The notes: generated by a model not told the origin, from the sequence alone. Shown: positions 27,096 to 39,782, counted from the stretch's first letter. The stretch: 64,000 nucleotides of DNA from Octopus vulgaris (GCA_951406725.2 OX597837.1:8122001-8186000), one strand, 5' to 3'. Numbers and translations are program-made.

Positions 27096-28981
27096 AAGGA
27101 GTTGGGTGGCAAGGTATCCGGGTATTCGGATGAATGGCTGGGTGGATTGCTAGCTGATTATTGAAACAGTTGACTGAATTTTCGGTCGAATGGATTGCTA
27201 ATTGATTTCATTAAATGTCTTTGTATAGACTAGTAATTAATTCTGCTGGTGGCCGTGGCGTAGGTTTGGCGGGAATGTTGGTGTTGGTTATGATGGTAGG
27301 GTGGCAGTGGTGGTAGGGTGGCAGTGGTGGTAGTCTGGTGGTGGTGGTGATGGTGTTAGTAGTAGTTGGGATGGTAGAGTTGTTGTTAGTGACAGCGGTG
27401 GTGATGATGGTGGTAACGGTGGTACTAATTTGCGTGTATGTTATTCTAAGGTCGTGGTGGATATGCCATTTGTTGTAGATACGTTCAAAAGAAGTCTATA
27501 TTTTGTGATAAAGAACAACTTTTTTCTAATTCGTTGGCTACGGATTGTATCGTCCCTGAATTAATAGAGGGAGAAAATTCTGAAGCTTGGATTTTTGTTA
27601 TTGGCGCAAATGTCGATGCGTTGGCTGAATACTATTTTTCTGCTTTTCGGAATTTTGATCTGGGATCCTTGCAGAGCTATCCTTTGACGTAGACTGTTTT
27701 TTGTTTGGCCTATATATACACATATATAAACTTCAGGTCTCCATGTCTTTTCCTTTCAGAAACGATCCAGTGTAGTCGGTCATCGCTTTCGCTTTTAGTC
27801 TCTGTAATATTCTCTTTATACATTGCCCTTATGGCAAATATGAAATCAGCTTGGCTTTTAATCCTATCAGGGTTGATAAAATAAAGCAAACGTACTCGAA
27901 TTAATTGACGAAACCCCATTTCCTCAAATGTGCTGCCCTTGAGGCTAAATTAGACATCGCTATTGTTATTTCTGTTGTTGTTTTTGCTTTCGTCGTCATC
28001 ATCGTCGTCGTGTTTGTTATCGTTGTCGCGTTGTTGTTGTTGTTGTTTCGGCTGGTCAGTTGATCGATGGTGTTGGACGTTGAAATAAAAAAAATAAATA
28101 AATAAATAGATAAATAAAAGAAAGAAATCGGCGGACAAACAGACAGACAAAATGGCGTTAACTATCGTCTAGGGAATTCGCAAAAATGTTATTAATTTGT
28201 CGTTAAAATAGAAAAGAAAGGAAACGAAAAAAAAGAAAAGAAAAAGGAAAAGAAAAAGAGAACGAGGAGCAAAAGAAGAAAAATATAGGCTTTCCGCTGT
28301 TGTGAGTCTTGACAAACAACATGTACGGTAACAATAAAAGCAACAACAACAACAACAGCAGCAGCAGCAGCAGTAGCAGCAGCAGCAGTAGCAGCAGCAG
28401 TTACCACTTACATCAGTACTGATAATAATAAGAACAGTAATACCGTTATCAGCAACAAAAGCTGCGCGCCTATAAAGACATGTGTCCTCTGTATGGTTAA
28501 CTAATGCGCTAGAAATAGCAACCTAGTCTTCCTCAAATCATCCGTGCGGTTCCCCAAAAAACAAAAAGTAAAGGAGCATTATTAGATAATGCATTGCATT
28601 CCTAGATAGTCGCTATAATATCGGTGACATGGTCACGGTTGGAATTACATTGGACGTCGGTCTGCTTCATTGGGGTTGAACTGGGATAAACACCACTACC
28701 AACAACAAAAACAACAGCAGCACTAGCAACGCTGCAGTCACAGATTTGGGGGTAGGACTCAAATGGTCATTCGATCTGCTAGAAATATTAGCTTAATTAC
28801 AGGCGGCGTGCTGATTAGATTTTGGGATCGATCCGGTACCAGACAAAGATTCTGGAATATTTTTCCTGTTCTTTACTTAATTTTTGAGAACGGTTGGGTT
28901 CATTTTTAGTATTCTCGTTTGTGAGGGCAGTCAAGCTTATTTCAGATATTCCCATTTTAAAAATTATCATATTTTCATTTT

Positions 28982-29497
28982 TAAAACATACGAAGCGCAG
29001 TATACCCATCATGACTACCCGTCTAATAAGAGTACATCAGACACATGCATCACAACAATATGTGCGCAACATGGTGAACCCATATTAAGATAAACAGCAC
29101 ATGACGTTGCAGGTGGGGACCCAGTTACAAATTTGTTCAGGTTGTGTAGTCCATCCTGTTTAAAAGGTCCCTGAATAAGGGTTGTTTAGGGATGTTGAAC
29201 GAAACACCCATGTTTCCAGAGGTGGATTATCAAACCCCCCAAAGAATTCCTCTCAACATGTGACTATGATGCTCCCCCACTACTTCTGCTCGTGATCAGA
29301 AATGCACATATCATCAGCCACTAAGGGACATTCTCAAGTGGTTATGGTCAAACAACTGACAAGCAAGTCTGTGGTAGTGAGGACAATATTTGCTGTAGCC
29401 CATCTTTTATACCAAGACAAAACAATGTACATGATAACATTTACAGTCAGTTAAGACCAGAATCCATGAGAGCCAATGCCTGATACTGTATCAGGGC

Positions 29498-29498
<1 letters not shown>
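28982..29498 (-). mobile_element. Non-coding (TAA)n-tailed repeat, copy 2 (retains the far end, TGCCCTGAT...)
   Basis: Homologous to the 19616 and 29565 copies. Extends to the hairpin TGCCTGATACTGTATCAGGGCA. Confidence 0.8.
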
Positions 29499-29544
<46 letters not shown>

Positions 29545-29564
29545 CCATTATTATTATTATTATT

Positions 29565-29947
29565 GAGAGAGAGAGCAGTGCATGCCTTCAAAGTGACTCT
29601 GGGGTAAAATATCTGAAGCCCAGTATACCCATCTTGACTACCCGTCTGATAAGGGCACACCAGGCACATGCATCACAACCATATGTGCGCGACATGGTGA
29701 TCTCATATCAAGATAAACAACGCATGACCATGCAGGTGGGGCCTAATTAGAATTTTCTTCTGGTCGAGTAGCCCGTCCCGCTCAAAAGTTCCCTGAATAA
29801 GGATTGTTTAAGGATGTCGAACGAACCACCCATGTTTCCACTGGTGAATTATCCAAACCTCCAAGAATTCCTTTCAACACATGGCTATGATGCTCCCCCA
29901 CTACTTCTGCTTGTGATCAGAGATGCACATATCGTCAGCCACTAAGG
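29565..29947 (-). mobile_element. Non-coding (TAA)n-tailed repeat, copy 3 (5' truncated, inside (ATT)n)
   Basis: Same family, with (ATT)n immediately on both sides. Confidence 0.82.
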
Positions 29948-29948
29948 C

Positions 29949-30084
<136 letters not shown>

Positions 30085-30304
30085 TGGTGATTTCCAAAAC
30101 GGACGTAACGGTCGTTCGACAATAATTTATTAATCGATATTGATTGGTACGGGGTCGCATATTGGAAATGGGATTGGTTTTATGTTGGTGCTGGTGGTGT
30201 GGCGTCGGCGACGGAGATGGCAGTGGCGGAGATAGGGTGGCGGCAGCAGAGATGGGGGGATGCGGCGGCGGAGTAGGTGGTGCTGGAAGAGATGGTGATG
30301 CCGA

Positions 30305-30399
<95 letters not shown>

Positions 30400-31048
30400 T
30401 TAGTTAGTACTAGTAGTAGTAGTAATAATTGTAGTAGTAGGAGATGTACTCATCAATCATTGGTTAGACGAAAAATTCAAAAATCAAAATGGTAAACATA
30501 AATGAAAAATATATAATGAATAATTGACTCGATTTGAACTGAAGATGTCCGTTACGAAATTTCTGAAACCTACTCGATATTTTGTTGCTGTTGTTGTTGC
30601 TGTTATTATTTAACAAACCTATGAGTAAGAGGGTTCCTGTCGTGGCCATCCCATCTTAATCAGACCATAAAACGTGCATTTTTTAATAGGATGTCAAGGT
30701 TTGATTTTTGACTGAGATTTGGGTCTTATATCTAACAAGCCAAACTACCATGGAGCGGTTTTTGCGTTAAGGCTATTGTTGTTGTAATCTAGGAAATCTA
30801 TTAGCAAAAGCGCTCCAGCCATGATCCTCACGTCTTTTATTTAGTGCAGTTAATATTCATTCTTTTATAAGATTATTTTGACAGAGATGCAGCTATTACC
30901 TTTAGCAAGTCGAACTACTCTGCAGGGGTGCTTTCCGTGTAAAGGCTAATGAATATGTACTCTACTAAAATATATTGAATAATCTTCTGTACGTAACTTG
31001 ACATAAAACACAAACATTATTATTAAGATACATATGTGTGTGTTTATA

Positions 31049-31118
<70 letters not shown>

Positions 31119-31456
31119 GTGTGTGCGTGTATGCACACACCTATCGTGTCATGTTTGATAAATAATTGGAACGTATCAAACAAAATATAGCGATCGATAC
31201 AAAAATGTTGAATAATGTATTTATTATATGTATAAAACAATACGAGTAGACCGATAATTTTGATTCTAGGGCGCGCTCGTGCACACACACATATTTATAC
31301 GACCACAAACACACACACACACTCACACACACACACATATATATATACATATACATACATATATATACACTTAGATCGATAGACAGATAGATAGAAGATT
31401 AGAAGATAGACAGATACATGGATAGATAAATTGAAGACAGATAGATTGATAGATAG

Positions 31457-31499
<43 letters not shown>

Positions 31500-31604
31500 G
31501 ATAGATACAGACAGACATATATACATATATATATATATATATAATATATAATATATAATATAATATAATATATATACATATCGATAGATAGATACAGACA
31601 GACG

Positions 31605-31662
<58 letters not shown>

Positions 31663-31720
31663 ATATATAATATAATATATATATATATATATATAATATA
31701 TATAATATATAATATAATAT

Positions 31721-31751
<31 letters not shown>

Positions 31752-31759
31752 TATATGTA

Positions 31760-31842
<83 letters not shown>

Positions 31843-32565
31843 CACACTCACATACGTATATGCTTCTGTCTTTACTGGTGTTTATAAACCTATGTAACGT
31901 ATATAAAATAAAATTCCACTCCAGCCATCTCACACCCTTTCTATCGCCATACTTATCTCTCCTTGTCTCTCCCTATGTGTCTATACGTGTGTAGCTGTTT
32001 CTGCATATGTATCTGCATACGTAGGTACCATATATATATATATATATATATATATATTGAGAGAGAACTTACCTCCTCGGGCTAAACAAACAACGCATCA
32101 CATTTATTTCCCAATTCGGTCTGACATCACCAGGATTGCTTCTGGTATAAATGATTGCAACAGTATTACGATTGTAGTTACAGTCGTAGCCGTTTCGGTG
32201 GTGTGGTGGTGTGATAATAGTGAAGATGGTTGTGGTGGTAGTAGCGGTGATGGTGGTGGCTGTATTATTGTTGTTGTTGTAGTTGTAACGGTGGTTGTTG
32301 TGGCAGTGGTACTGAGAGTGTTTTAGTCACTGTTTGTAATACTGTAGCGGTTGTAGTGCTGAGGGTAGTGGTGGTTTTAATTGCGTTGGGGGTTTCGTTG
32401 TAGTTTCTGCTATAGTTGTTTAAGTGGTTGTATTGTAGTTCTTGGTATTATTGTAGTTACTGTCGTAGTTTGTTGCGGTGGTTCTAGTGGTGATCATACA
32501 GGTGGTCTTGGTTGCCATGTCATTGTAATTACTGAAAATGAACATTATGGACACCTCATGCATTT

Positions 32566-32629
<64 letters not shown>

Positions 32630-32816
32630 TAAGCAATAAAGGGTTTAGCAACGAATTGCCTTACCACATACCGAATTTAGAAATAGCAGTCAAAGAGTTA
32701 TAGCTATTTCTTCTACTAAAAAGGGAGATCTCAGTAAAAACACAGCAATTGTAAGGCAGACACAAACAGGTAAGAGAGAATGAATTGACGGCAATCTATC
32801 ATACAATTTTAAGTTA

Positions 32817-32916
32817 TCTACGGACGCACGTTTCGAAATCAAGTTTTTAGGAAAGCATGAGAATTAAATATTAAATAATTCTACGTTACCCAAACTTCTT
32901 TTCTCTTCAGCGTAGA
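32817..32916 (-). ncRNA. Type I hammerhead ribozyme with long stem II (array copy 1)
   Basis: Reverse complement of 34528-34627. Confidence 0.8.
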
Positions 32917-33412
32917 ATACTATAATCATAAGTGATTATATATTGAATTTTGAGATACTAGAAGGCACCAACTCAACTCAGTATCAGAGCGAGCTAGAAT
33001 CCGCAACTAGTATCACCAAACTCAACGTGTGAATGAAAGGATTGTGTCACCAGCCCCTTCCCACCCGCGTGTAGCCAAAACAAGATGCTATGGTCATCTA
33101 CTGAGATAAAATATGGTTATCCGTAATAATGAAGGGTGAAATTAATTAATTTGGAATAATTATCAATTACACCAAGTAGTCTTCGGCATGTAAAAGCCTC
33201 ATTCGAGGAAAATTTAAGTAATACTAAGCAATAAAGGGTTTAGCAACGAATTGCCTTACCACATACCGAATTTAGAAATAGCAGTCAAAGAGTTATAGCT
33301 ATTTCTTCTACTAAAAAGGGAGATCTCAGTAAAAAACACAGCAATTGGAAGGCAGACACAAACAGGTAAGAGAGAATGAATTGACGGCAATCTATCATAC
33401 AATTTTAAGTTA

Positions 33413-33512
33413 TCTACGGACGCACGTTTCGAAATCAAGTTTTTAGGAAAGCATGAGAATTAAATATTAAATAATTCTACGTTACCCAAACTTCTTTTCT
33501 CTTCAGCGTAGA
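33413..33512 (-). ncRNA. Type I hammerhead ribozyme with long stem II (array copy 2)
   Basis: Reverse complement of 34528-34627. Confidence 0.8.
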
Positions 33513-34527
33513 ATACTATAATCATAAGTGATTATATATTGAATTTTGAGATACTAGAAGGCACCAACTCAACTCAGTATCAGAGCGAGCTAGAATCCGC
33601 AACAAGTATCACCAAACTCAACGTGTGAATGAAAGGATTGTGTCACCAGCCCCTTCCCACCCGCGTGTAGCCAAAACAAGATGCTATGGTCATCTACTGA
33701 GATAAAATATGGTTATCCGTAATAATGAAGGGTGAAATTAATTAATTTGGAATAATTATCAATTACACCAAGTAGTCTTCGGCATGTAAAAGCCTCATTC
33801 GAGGAAAATTTAAGTAATACTAAGCAATAAAGGGTTTGCAACGAATTGCCTTACCACATACCGAATTTAGAAATAGCAGTCAAAGAGTTATAGCTATTTC
33901 TTCTACTAAAAAAGGAGATCTCAGTAAAAAACACAGCAATTTTAACGTAGAATTATGGGTAACGTAGAATTATTTAATATTTAATTCTCATGCTTTCCTA
34001 AAAACTTGATTTCGAAACGTGCGTCCGTAGATAACTTAAAATTGTATGATAGATTGCCGTCAATTCATTCTCTCTTACCTGTTTGTGTCTGCCTTACAAT
34101 TGCTGTGTTTTTTACTGAGATCTCCCTTTTTAGTAGAAGAAATAGCTATAACTCTTTGACTGCTATTTCTAAATTCGGTATGTGGTAAGGCAATTCGTTG
34201 CTAAACCCTTTATTGCTTAGTATTACTTAAATTTTCCTCGAATGAGGCTTTTACATGCCGAAGACTACTTGGTGTAATTGATAATTATTCCAAATTAATT
34301 AATTTCACCCTTCATTATTACGGATAACCATATTTTATCTCAGTAGATGACCATAGCATCTTGTTTTGGCTACACGCGGGTGGGAAGGGGCTGGTGACAC
34401 AATCCTTTCATTCACACGTTGAGTTTGGTGATACTAGTTGCGGATTCTAGCTCGCTCTGATACTGAGTTGAGTTGGTGCCTTCTAGTATCTCAAAATTCA
34501 ATATATAATCACTTATGATTATAGTAT

Positions 34528-34627
34528 TCTACGCTGAAGAGAAAAGAAGTTTGGGTAACGTAGAATTATTTAATATTTAATTCTCATGCTTTCCTAAAAA
34601 CTTGATTTCGAAACGTGCGTCCGTAGA
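34528..34627 (+). ncRNA. Type I hammerhead ribozyme with long stem II (inverted copy)
   Basis: TCTACG CTGAAGA [GAAA-AG-AAGTTT...GAATTA-loop-TAATTC...AAACTT-GA-TTTC] GAAA C-GTGC-G T C CGTAGA. Canonical CUGANGA and GAAA boxes, GUC cleavage after 34621, 6-bp stem I, 69-nt stem II. Confidence 0.82.
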
Positions 34628-34870
34628 TAACTTAAAATTGTATGATAGATTGCCGTCAATTCATTCTCTCTTACCTGTTTGTGTCTGCCTTACAATTGCT
34701 GTGTTTTTTACTGAGATCTCCCTTTTAGTAGAAGAAATAGCTATAACTCTTTGACTGCTATTTCTAAATTCGGTATGTGGTAAGGCAATTCGTTGCTAAA
34801 CCCTTTATATATATATATATATATTATATATATATAATATTTATATATAATATATATAGCTACCTATCTA

Positions 34871-34932
<62 letters not shown>

Positions 34933-34933
<1 letters not shown>

Positions 34934-35412
34934 TGGGCTGTCCGGAAAGTTTGTGCCGATTTTAAAGGAAAGAAAAAGGTCAATAAATACTTGCCATTAC
35001 ATTTTTAATCAACCAAATATGAACCATTTTGTTGCACAATGCGTCTCCATATTTCCTTTAACTTGAAAATACTCTCTTCCCAGACTTTTCTACAGAAACC
35101 TAAATAAGTGGAAATCCAAAGGAGTAATATCTGGTGAATATGGAGGGTGGGGTAACACATCCCATCCGAGCTGCAGCAATTTTTGTCTGGTTCGCAAAGC
35201 ATCAAGTGCCGAAAATGAACTTTCTTATCTTCCATTTTAAAGGGTTACAGAATTAACACAGGTTATAAGGACATAAACCCTTCTACGAAAAGATAGCTTA
35301 AACTGTGCTCTAAACGGAGGTATAGTCAAATCCTATTTTATGGACTCAACCATGTTCTAAAATAATTCGAAAAGGTAAGCCACTATAAATCGGCACGAAC
35401 TTTCCGAACAAC

Positions 35413-35416
<4 letters not shown>
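34933..35416 (-). mobile_element. Mariner internal-deletion derivative (MITE-like) with both TIRs
   Basis: TA|TTGGGCTGTCCGGAAAGTTTGTGCCGATTT ... AAATCGGCACGAACTTTCCGAACAACCCAA|TA. The minus strand encodes [13 protein letters not shown] (N-term), [20 protein letters not shown] (YSPDL motif) and WRRIVQQNGSYLVD* (C-term). Confidence 0.92.
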
Positions 35417-35468
<52 letters not shown>

Positions 35469-36357
35469 TGAGAATGTGTGTCTGTCTGTGTGTTTCTCTA
35501 AAACTTGAGAACTACACAACCAATTTCATTCAAATTTTACACATGCCTTACCTAAGGTCCGGGGAGTGTCATCGGCAAAAAAATGTTTACTTTTTCCCTA
35601 GGGAGACCCCACAGCAATATCATATCTTCTCCACTATTTCAGTATTACGTGTTAAAAGTGAAACAAAAACATCTCTCTTTTGTAATGCACACACTTTCAT
35701 TTTAATACTGAAACTATTAATACGGTGGTGGTGGTCGTCGTCGTGCTGTTGGTGGTGGTGGTAGTGGTGGTGTTGGTGGTGGTCGTGTTGGTGGTCGTGG
35801 TGGTGATGATGATGGTGGTGGTGGTGGTGGTGATGGTGGTGATGATGGTAGTGGTAGTCGTGGTGGTGGTGGTGGTGGTCTTCGCGGTGGTGGTGGTGGT
35901 GGTGGTGGTGGTGGTGGTGGTCATGATGGTAGTGGTGGTGGTGGTGATGGTGGTAGTGGTGATGGTGGTGGTGGTGGTAGTGGTAGTGGTGGTGGTGATG
36001 ATGATGGTGGTGGTGGTGGTGGTGGTGGTGATGATGATGGTGGTGGTGGTGGTGGCGATGGTGGTGATGATGGTAGTGGTAGTCGTGGTGGTGGTGGTGG
36101 TGGTGGTCGTGGTGGTGGTGGTGGTGGTGGTGGTGGTGATGGTGGTGGTGGTGGTGATGGTGGTAGTGGTGGTGGTGGTCATGGTGGTAGTGGTGATGGT
36201 GGTGGTGATGGTGGTAGTGGTAGTGGTGGTGGTGGTGGTGGTGGTGGTGGTGGTGGTGGTGGTGGTGTTGGTCGTCGTGGTGATGGTGGTGTTTGTGGCA
36301 GAGTTGTCCTTTTACTGTGAAGCTGTCGTCTGCTTTCTTCCAATTTTTCTTTCTGTT

Positions 36358-37187
36358 GGTGGCGATGTTGGCGTCCATGCTCGCACCTGCACCTGTGTTA
36401 CTCCTCCCCCTCCTTCCCTCCTTCATGAAGCTGTGGGGAAGGCAGGGTAGGGAAATCAACGTCGTAAGCGTTGTCAAGGAGACCGGCGTTCTTTCCAACG
36501 ACGACTTCATGGCTTGAAGTCGCCAAAACAGAAATGGCTAAGAAATCCCGAAAACAAATTCTACAAAATCGGGAAACACACGCCACACAGGGAAGGTTTC
36601 CCGTGCAAAGAATTTGCACAACCGAATGCTTTAGTTGTTGCACAACTTTTACATAAAAAATATTATCCAAACACAAACTTTTGAAGGCAATATTGTATGG
36701 CGATGGTACTTGTAAAATATGGTAATAGACTTAGTAGCCAAAAGGAGAGAGCAGAGGTATATTATGGTGGTGGTGGTGGTGGTAGTGGCGGTGGAAATAG
36801 CGACGGCGGAGGTGGTAGTGGCAGCGGCGGTGGTGGTGGTGGTGGTGGTGGTGGTCATGGTGGTGGCGATGTTGGCGTCCATGCTCGCACCTGCACCTGT
36901 GTTGTTCCTCCCCTTCCTCCCTCCTTCATGAAGCTGTGGGGAAGGCAGGGTAGGGAAATCAACGTCGTATGCGTTGTCAACGAGACCGGCGTTCTTTTCG
37001 ACGGCGACTTCATGGCTTGAAGTCGCCAAAACAGAAATGGCTAAGAAAGCCGAAAGCAAATTCTACAAAATCGGGAAAAACCGCCACACAGGGAAGGTTT
37101 CCCGTGCAAAGAATTTGTACAACCGAATGTTTTAGTTGTTGCACATCTTTTACATAAAAAATATTATCCGAACACAAACTTTTGAAG
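36358..37187. repeat. Two diverged ~330-bp direct repeats inside the Helitron
   Basis: GGTGGCGATGTTGGCGTCCATGCTCGCACC...ACACAAACTTTTGAAG at 36358-36687 and 36862-37187, each preceded by (GGT)n. Confidence 0.9.
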
Positions 37188-37347
37188 TTTAGTATTGTCT
37201 TTTTTTATTTTTAACGCTTGTGCAAAATTGGATTTGTTTTTGGTAGTAGTGTTGGTGTCACTTGTAGTGGTTGAGGTTGTAGTAGTGGTGTTGTTGTTGG
37301 CAGTTAAGGTAGACGGCAAAACGACGATATCGTTGTTGTTGTTGCTG

Positions 37348-37379
<32 letters not shown>

Positions 37380-37416
37380 GGTGGTGGTGGTGGTGGTAGT
37401 GATGGTGGTGGTGGTG

Positions 37417-37881
37417 GAATTTCTCAATTCACTGGAGCCTCCTGGACTACCTCCACACATATTAGCACTTAAAGTTGGAACTCCTGTAATGCTATTCCGC
37501 AATCTGGAACCACCAAGGCTTTGCAATGGAACACGACCGGTGATAAAGAAAATGATGTCACACGTTATCGAGGCGATCATTCTTTCTGGATGTGGAAAAG
37601 TTGATGACGTCCTTATTCCAATATTTCCTCTTACTCCATCAGGAGCAGAAAGTCCATTTACATTCAGAAGACAACAATTCCCCCTTCGTGTCAGCTTTGC
37701 CATGTCCATTAACAAATCTCAGGGTCAAACCCTCTCTGTAGCTGGTCTTCTCTTGGAAGAGCCCTGCTTCTCGCATGGGCAACTGTATGTTGGCTGCTCA
37801 AGAGTAGGAACCAAAAGAAACCTTTTTGTATATGCTCCACAAGGAATAACAAGGAACATTGTTTACAACGAGGTGTTATAA
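37417..37881 (+). pseudogene. C-terminal PIF1-family helicase fragment of Helitron RepHel
   Basis: [26 protein letters not shown]...LCNGTR...[20 protein letters not shown]...[14 protein letters not shown]...[10 protein letters not shown]. The frame is open, but only microsatellite lies upstream. Confidence 0.93.
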
Positions 37882-38073
37882 TCTCAACAGCCAGGAGGTA
37901 TATACATGATCCCCTTTTTTTTACCAAACTTCATGTACTTTCATGTATTCATATTAATATACATATATATATGTGTGTGTGTGTGTATCTAAATATATAT
38001 ATATATATATATATATCAGAAAAGTCTAATTCTTCAATTGAATGTAACCGGGCAACGCCGAGTATCTCTGCTA

Positions 38074-38122
<49 letters not shown>

Positions 38123-38123
<1 letters not shown>

Positions 38124-38682
38124 CTTGAAAGCGGCTTCAATCTGCACCAAAATATGTGCTGTGCATGATAGAGAGGACACTGCTACAGAACGCATGTACC
38201 ATAATTTCAGAATTTCAGAATTTTGATCGGAAATTTCTTCGATTCAAGACGCACCTCATTAAGACCGGTCAACTGAGATCAACAGCGGCACAAAGCCACG
38301 TCACACGGTCAGAATGATCGCAGATATTTTCCAAGTACTCAAATCGAATGTTGGAAACCCTCCGCATCAACTTGGTTACGTCAGCAGGCTCGTTGTTTGC
38401 TTACCAAATCGACTGGATAAGGCTAACCTCGCCCAAAGGATTTTCCATCTGTAATTCGTTGCAGAAACGCGAAGAAAATGATCCTATTTCGAAGAGAATG
38501 GTTACAGAGTACGTAAAATGGATCGTCTATAACAATGTGAAGCACAAACGATCATGAGGGAAGTGCGGCGGAACATCCAAACAACCTCCAAAGCAGGACT
38601 TCCCCCGAAGAAGGTTCTGTTTTCAATTTGGTGGAATTGGAAAGGTACTGTCATTTTCGATCTTCTTCCCACGGACTGGACA
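38123..38682 (+). pseudogene. Degenerate mariner transposase fragment
   Basis: Across frames: ICAVH..DTATER, KWIVYNNVKHKRS, QTTSKAGLPPKKVLFSIWWNWKGTVIFDLLP. Contains stops and frameshifts. Confidence 0.85.
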
Positions 38683-38754
38683 GTGGGAAGAAGCTTGATG
38701 TTGATTATGATAGTTCAACGTGTACCCCTTAAATATATTTTTTTCTTTTCTTTT

Positions 38755-39167
38755 TGTTTTGTTTTGTTTTACCTGTTTCTGTCATTAGACTACGGCCATG
38801 CTGGGGCATTCCTGGTAAAGATTTTTTTTTGTCAAAAGACTCGACATCGATCCAAGTACTTTAAGAAAAAAAAGGCTGGTAATTATTCATTATTCTATCG
38901 GCCTGTTTCGTAGAACCGCTAAGTAAACAAACCAACAACGGTTGTCGAGCTGTGGTGGGGGATAAACAGAAACAGAAACACACACACACAGACACACACA
39001 CACGATGGGCTTCTTTCAGTTACCTTTCTACCAAATCCATTCAGAAGGCTTTGATCTGACCGAGGTTATAGTAGAAGACACTTGCGCAAGTTGTCACACA
39101 GTGGGACTGAACCTGGAACCATGTGGTTGGGAAATAAACTTCTTACCACAAAGCTGCTCTTGCGTCT
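38755..39167 (-). mobile_element. SINE family B, diverged full-length copy
   Basis: GGCCATGCTGGGGCA...GAACCGCTAAGT...GGGCTTCTTTCAGTT...TATAGTAGAAGACACTTG...GTGGGACTGAACC. Confidence 0.78.
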
Positions 39168-39616
39168 ACTTTTGTTATTGAAATTCCCTCGGTGAAGTTT
39201 TGCTCCTATATTACAGAATGCACCATCTTTTTTATAAAATAATTTAAATCATTGAAAAAGAGAGATAGACTACCTATAGCATTTACAGTTACATAAGACG
39301 CACTTGTTTAATTTTAAAATTTACCAAAATAATTGCCCTGCGTCTAAAGTCGCCGTATGACGGATGAGAGACCGAATGTTGTTGGCTAGGGTGATGAATA
39401 CACATAAGTCCGCTGGGCAAAATAATTGCTACGATTGAAAAAGAATTGGAAACAGTCCAAATTATCAGAGACTCTTAGCAAGAACTTACCAAAATTGCTT
39501 AAGGTACGTCGGCAGTTACGTGGAAAGATCACATCACCTCATTATATCTCCTTCCCCAGTATACAGTTGCGGCCAAAAGTTTGTAACATAGGTCTGAAAG
39601 TTTTTATATATATATA

Positions 39617-39782
39617 CGACGGACTTCTTTCAGTTTCCGTCTACCAAATCCACTCACAAGGAATTAGTCGGCCCGAGGGTATAGTAGTGTAAAACATTGC
39701 CCAAAGTATTAGGCCGTGAGACTGAACCCAGAACCATGTGGTTGGGAACCAAATTACTTACACACAAACACGCCTGCGCCTC
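39617..39782 (-). mobile_element. SINE family B, 5' half
   Basis: CGACGGACTTCTTTCAGTTTCCGTCTACCAAATCCACTCACAAGG...GAACCATGTGGTTGGGA...CCTGCGCC. Confidence 0.8.

Larger units (their letters stand above)
32626..34808. mobile_element. Array of a ~596-bp non-coding hammerhead-bearing unit (retrozyme/Penelope pLTR-like): 2.2 direct plus ~1.4 inverted copies
   Basis: ATACTAAGCAATAAAGGG starts at 32626, 33221 and 33817. Orientation flips at ~33942-33957, and inverted copies run 33957-34223 and 34224-34808. Copies differ by a few bases, and (TA)n flanks both ends. Confidence 0.9.
35455..38074 (+). mobile_element. Non-autonomous Helitron with a helicase remnant
   Basis: 3' end ACCGGGCAACGCCGAGT hairpin plus CTAG|T at 38071-38075. 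5' region TATATATAAAACTGAGAATGTGTGTCTGTCTG resembles Helitron starts, though the exact TC start is lost in (TA)n. PIF1 fragment inside. Confidence 0.82.

Noticed and set aside
37195-37881. 228-aa ORF as a host PIF1 gene with hydrophobic N-terminus
   Set aside because: The N-terminal part is (GTG/TTG)n repeat. Only the helicase tail is present, and it lies just before a Helitron hairpin-CTAG end.
39564-39600. TA-CAGTTGCGGCCAAAAGTTT Tc1-like TIR
   Set aside because: Too short, cut off by a SINE, with no partner TIR or transposase.
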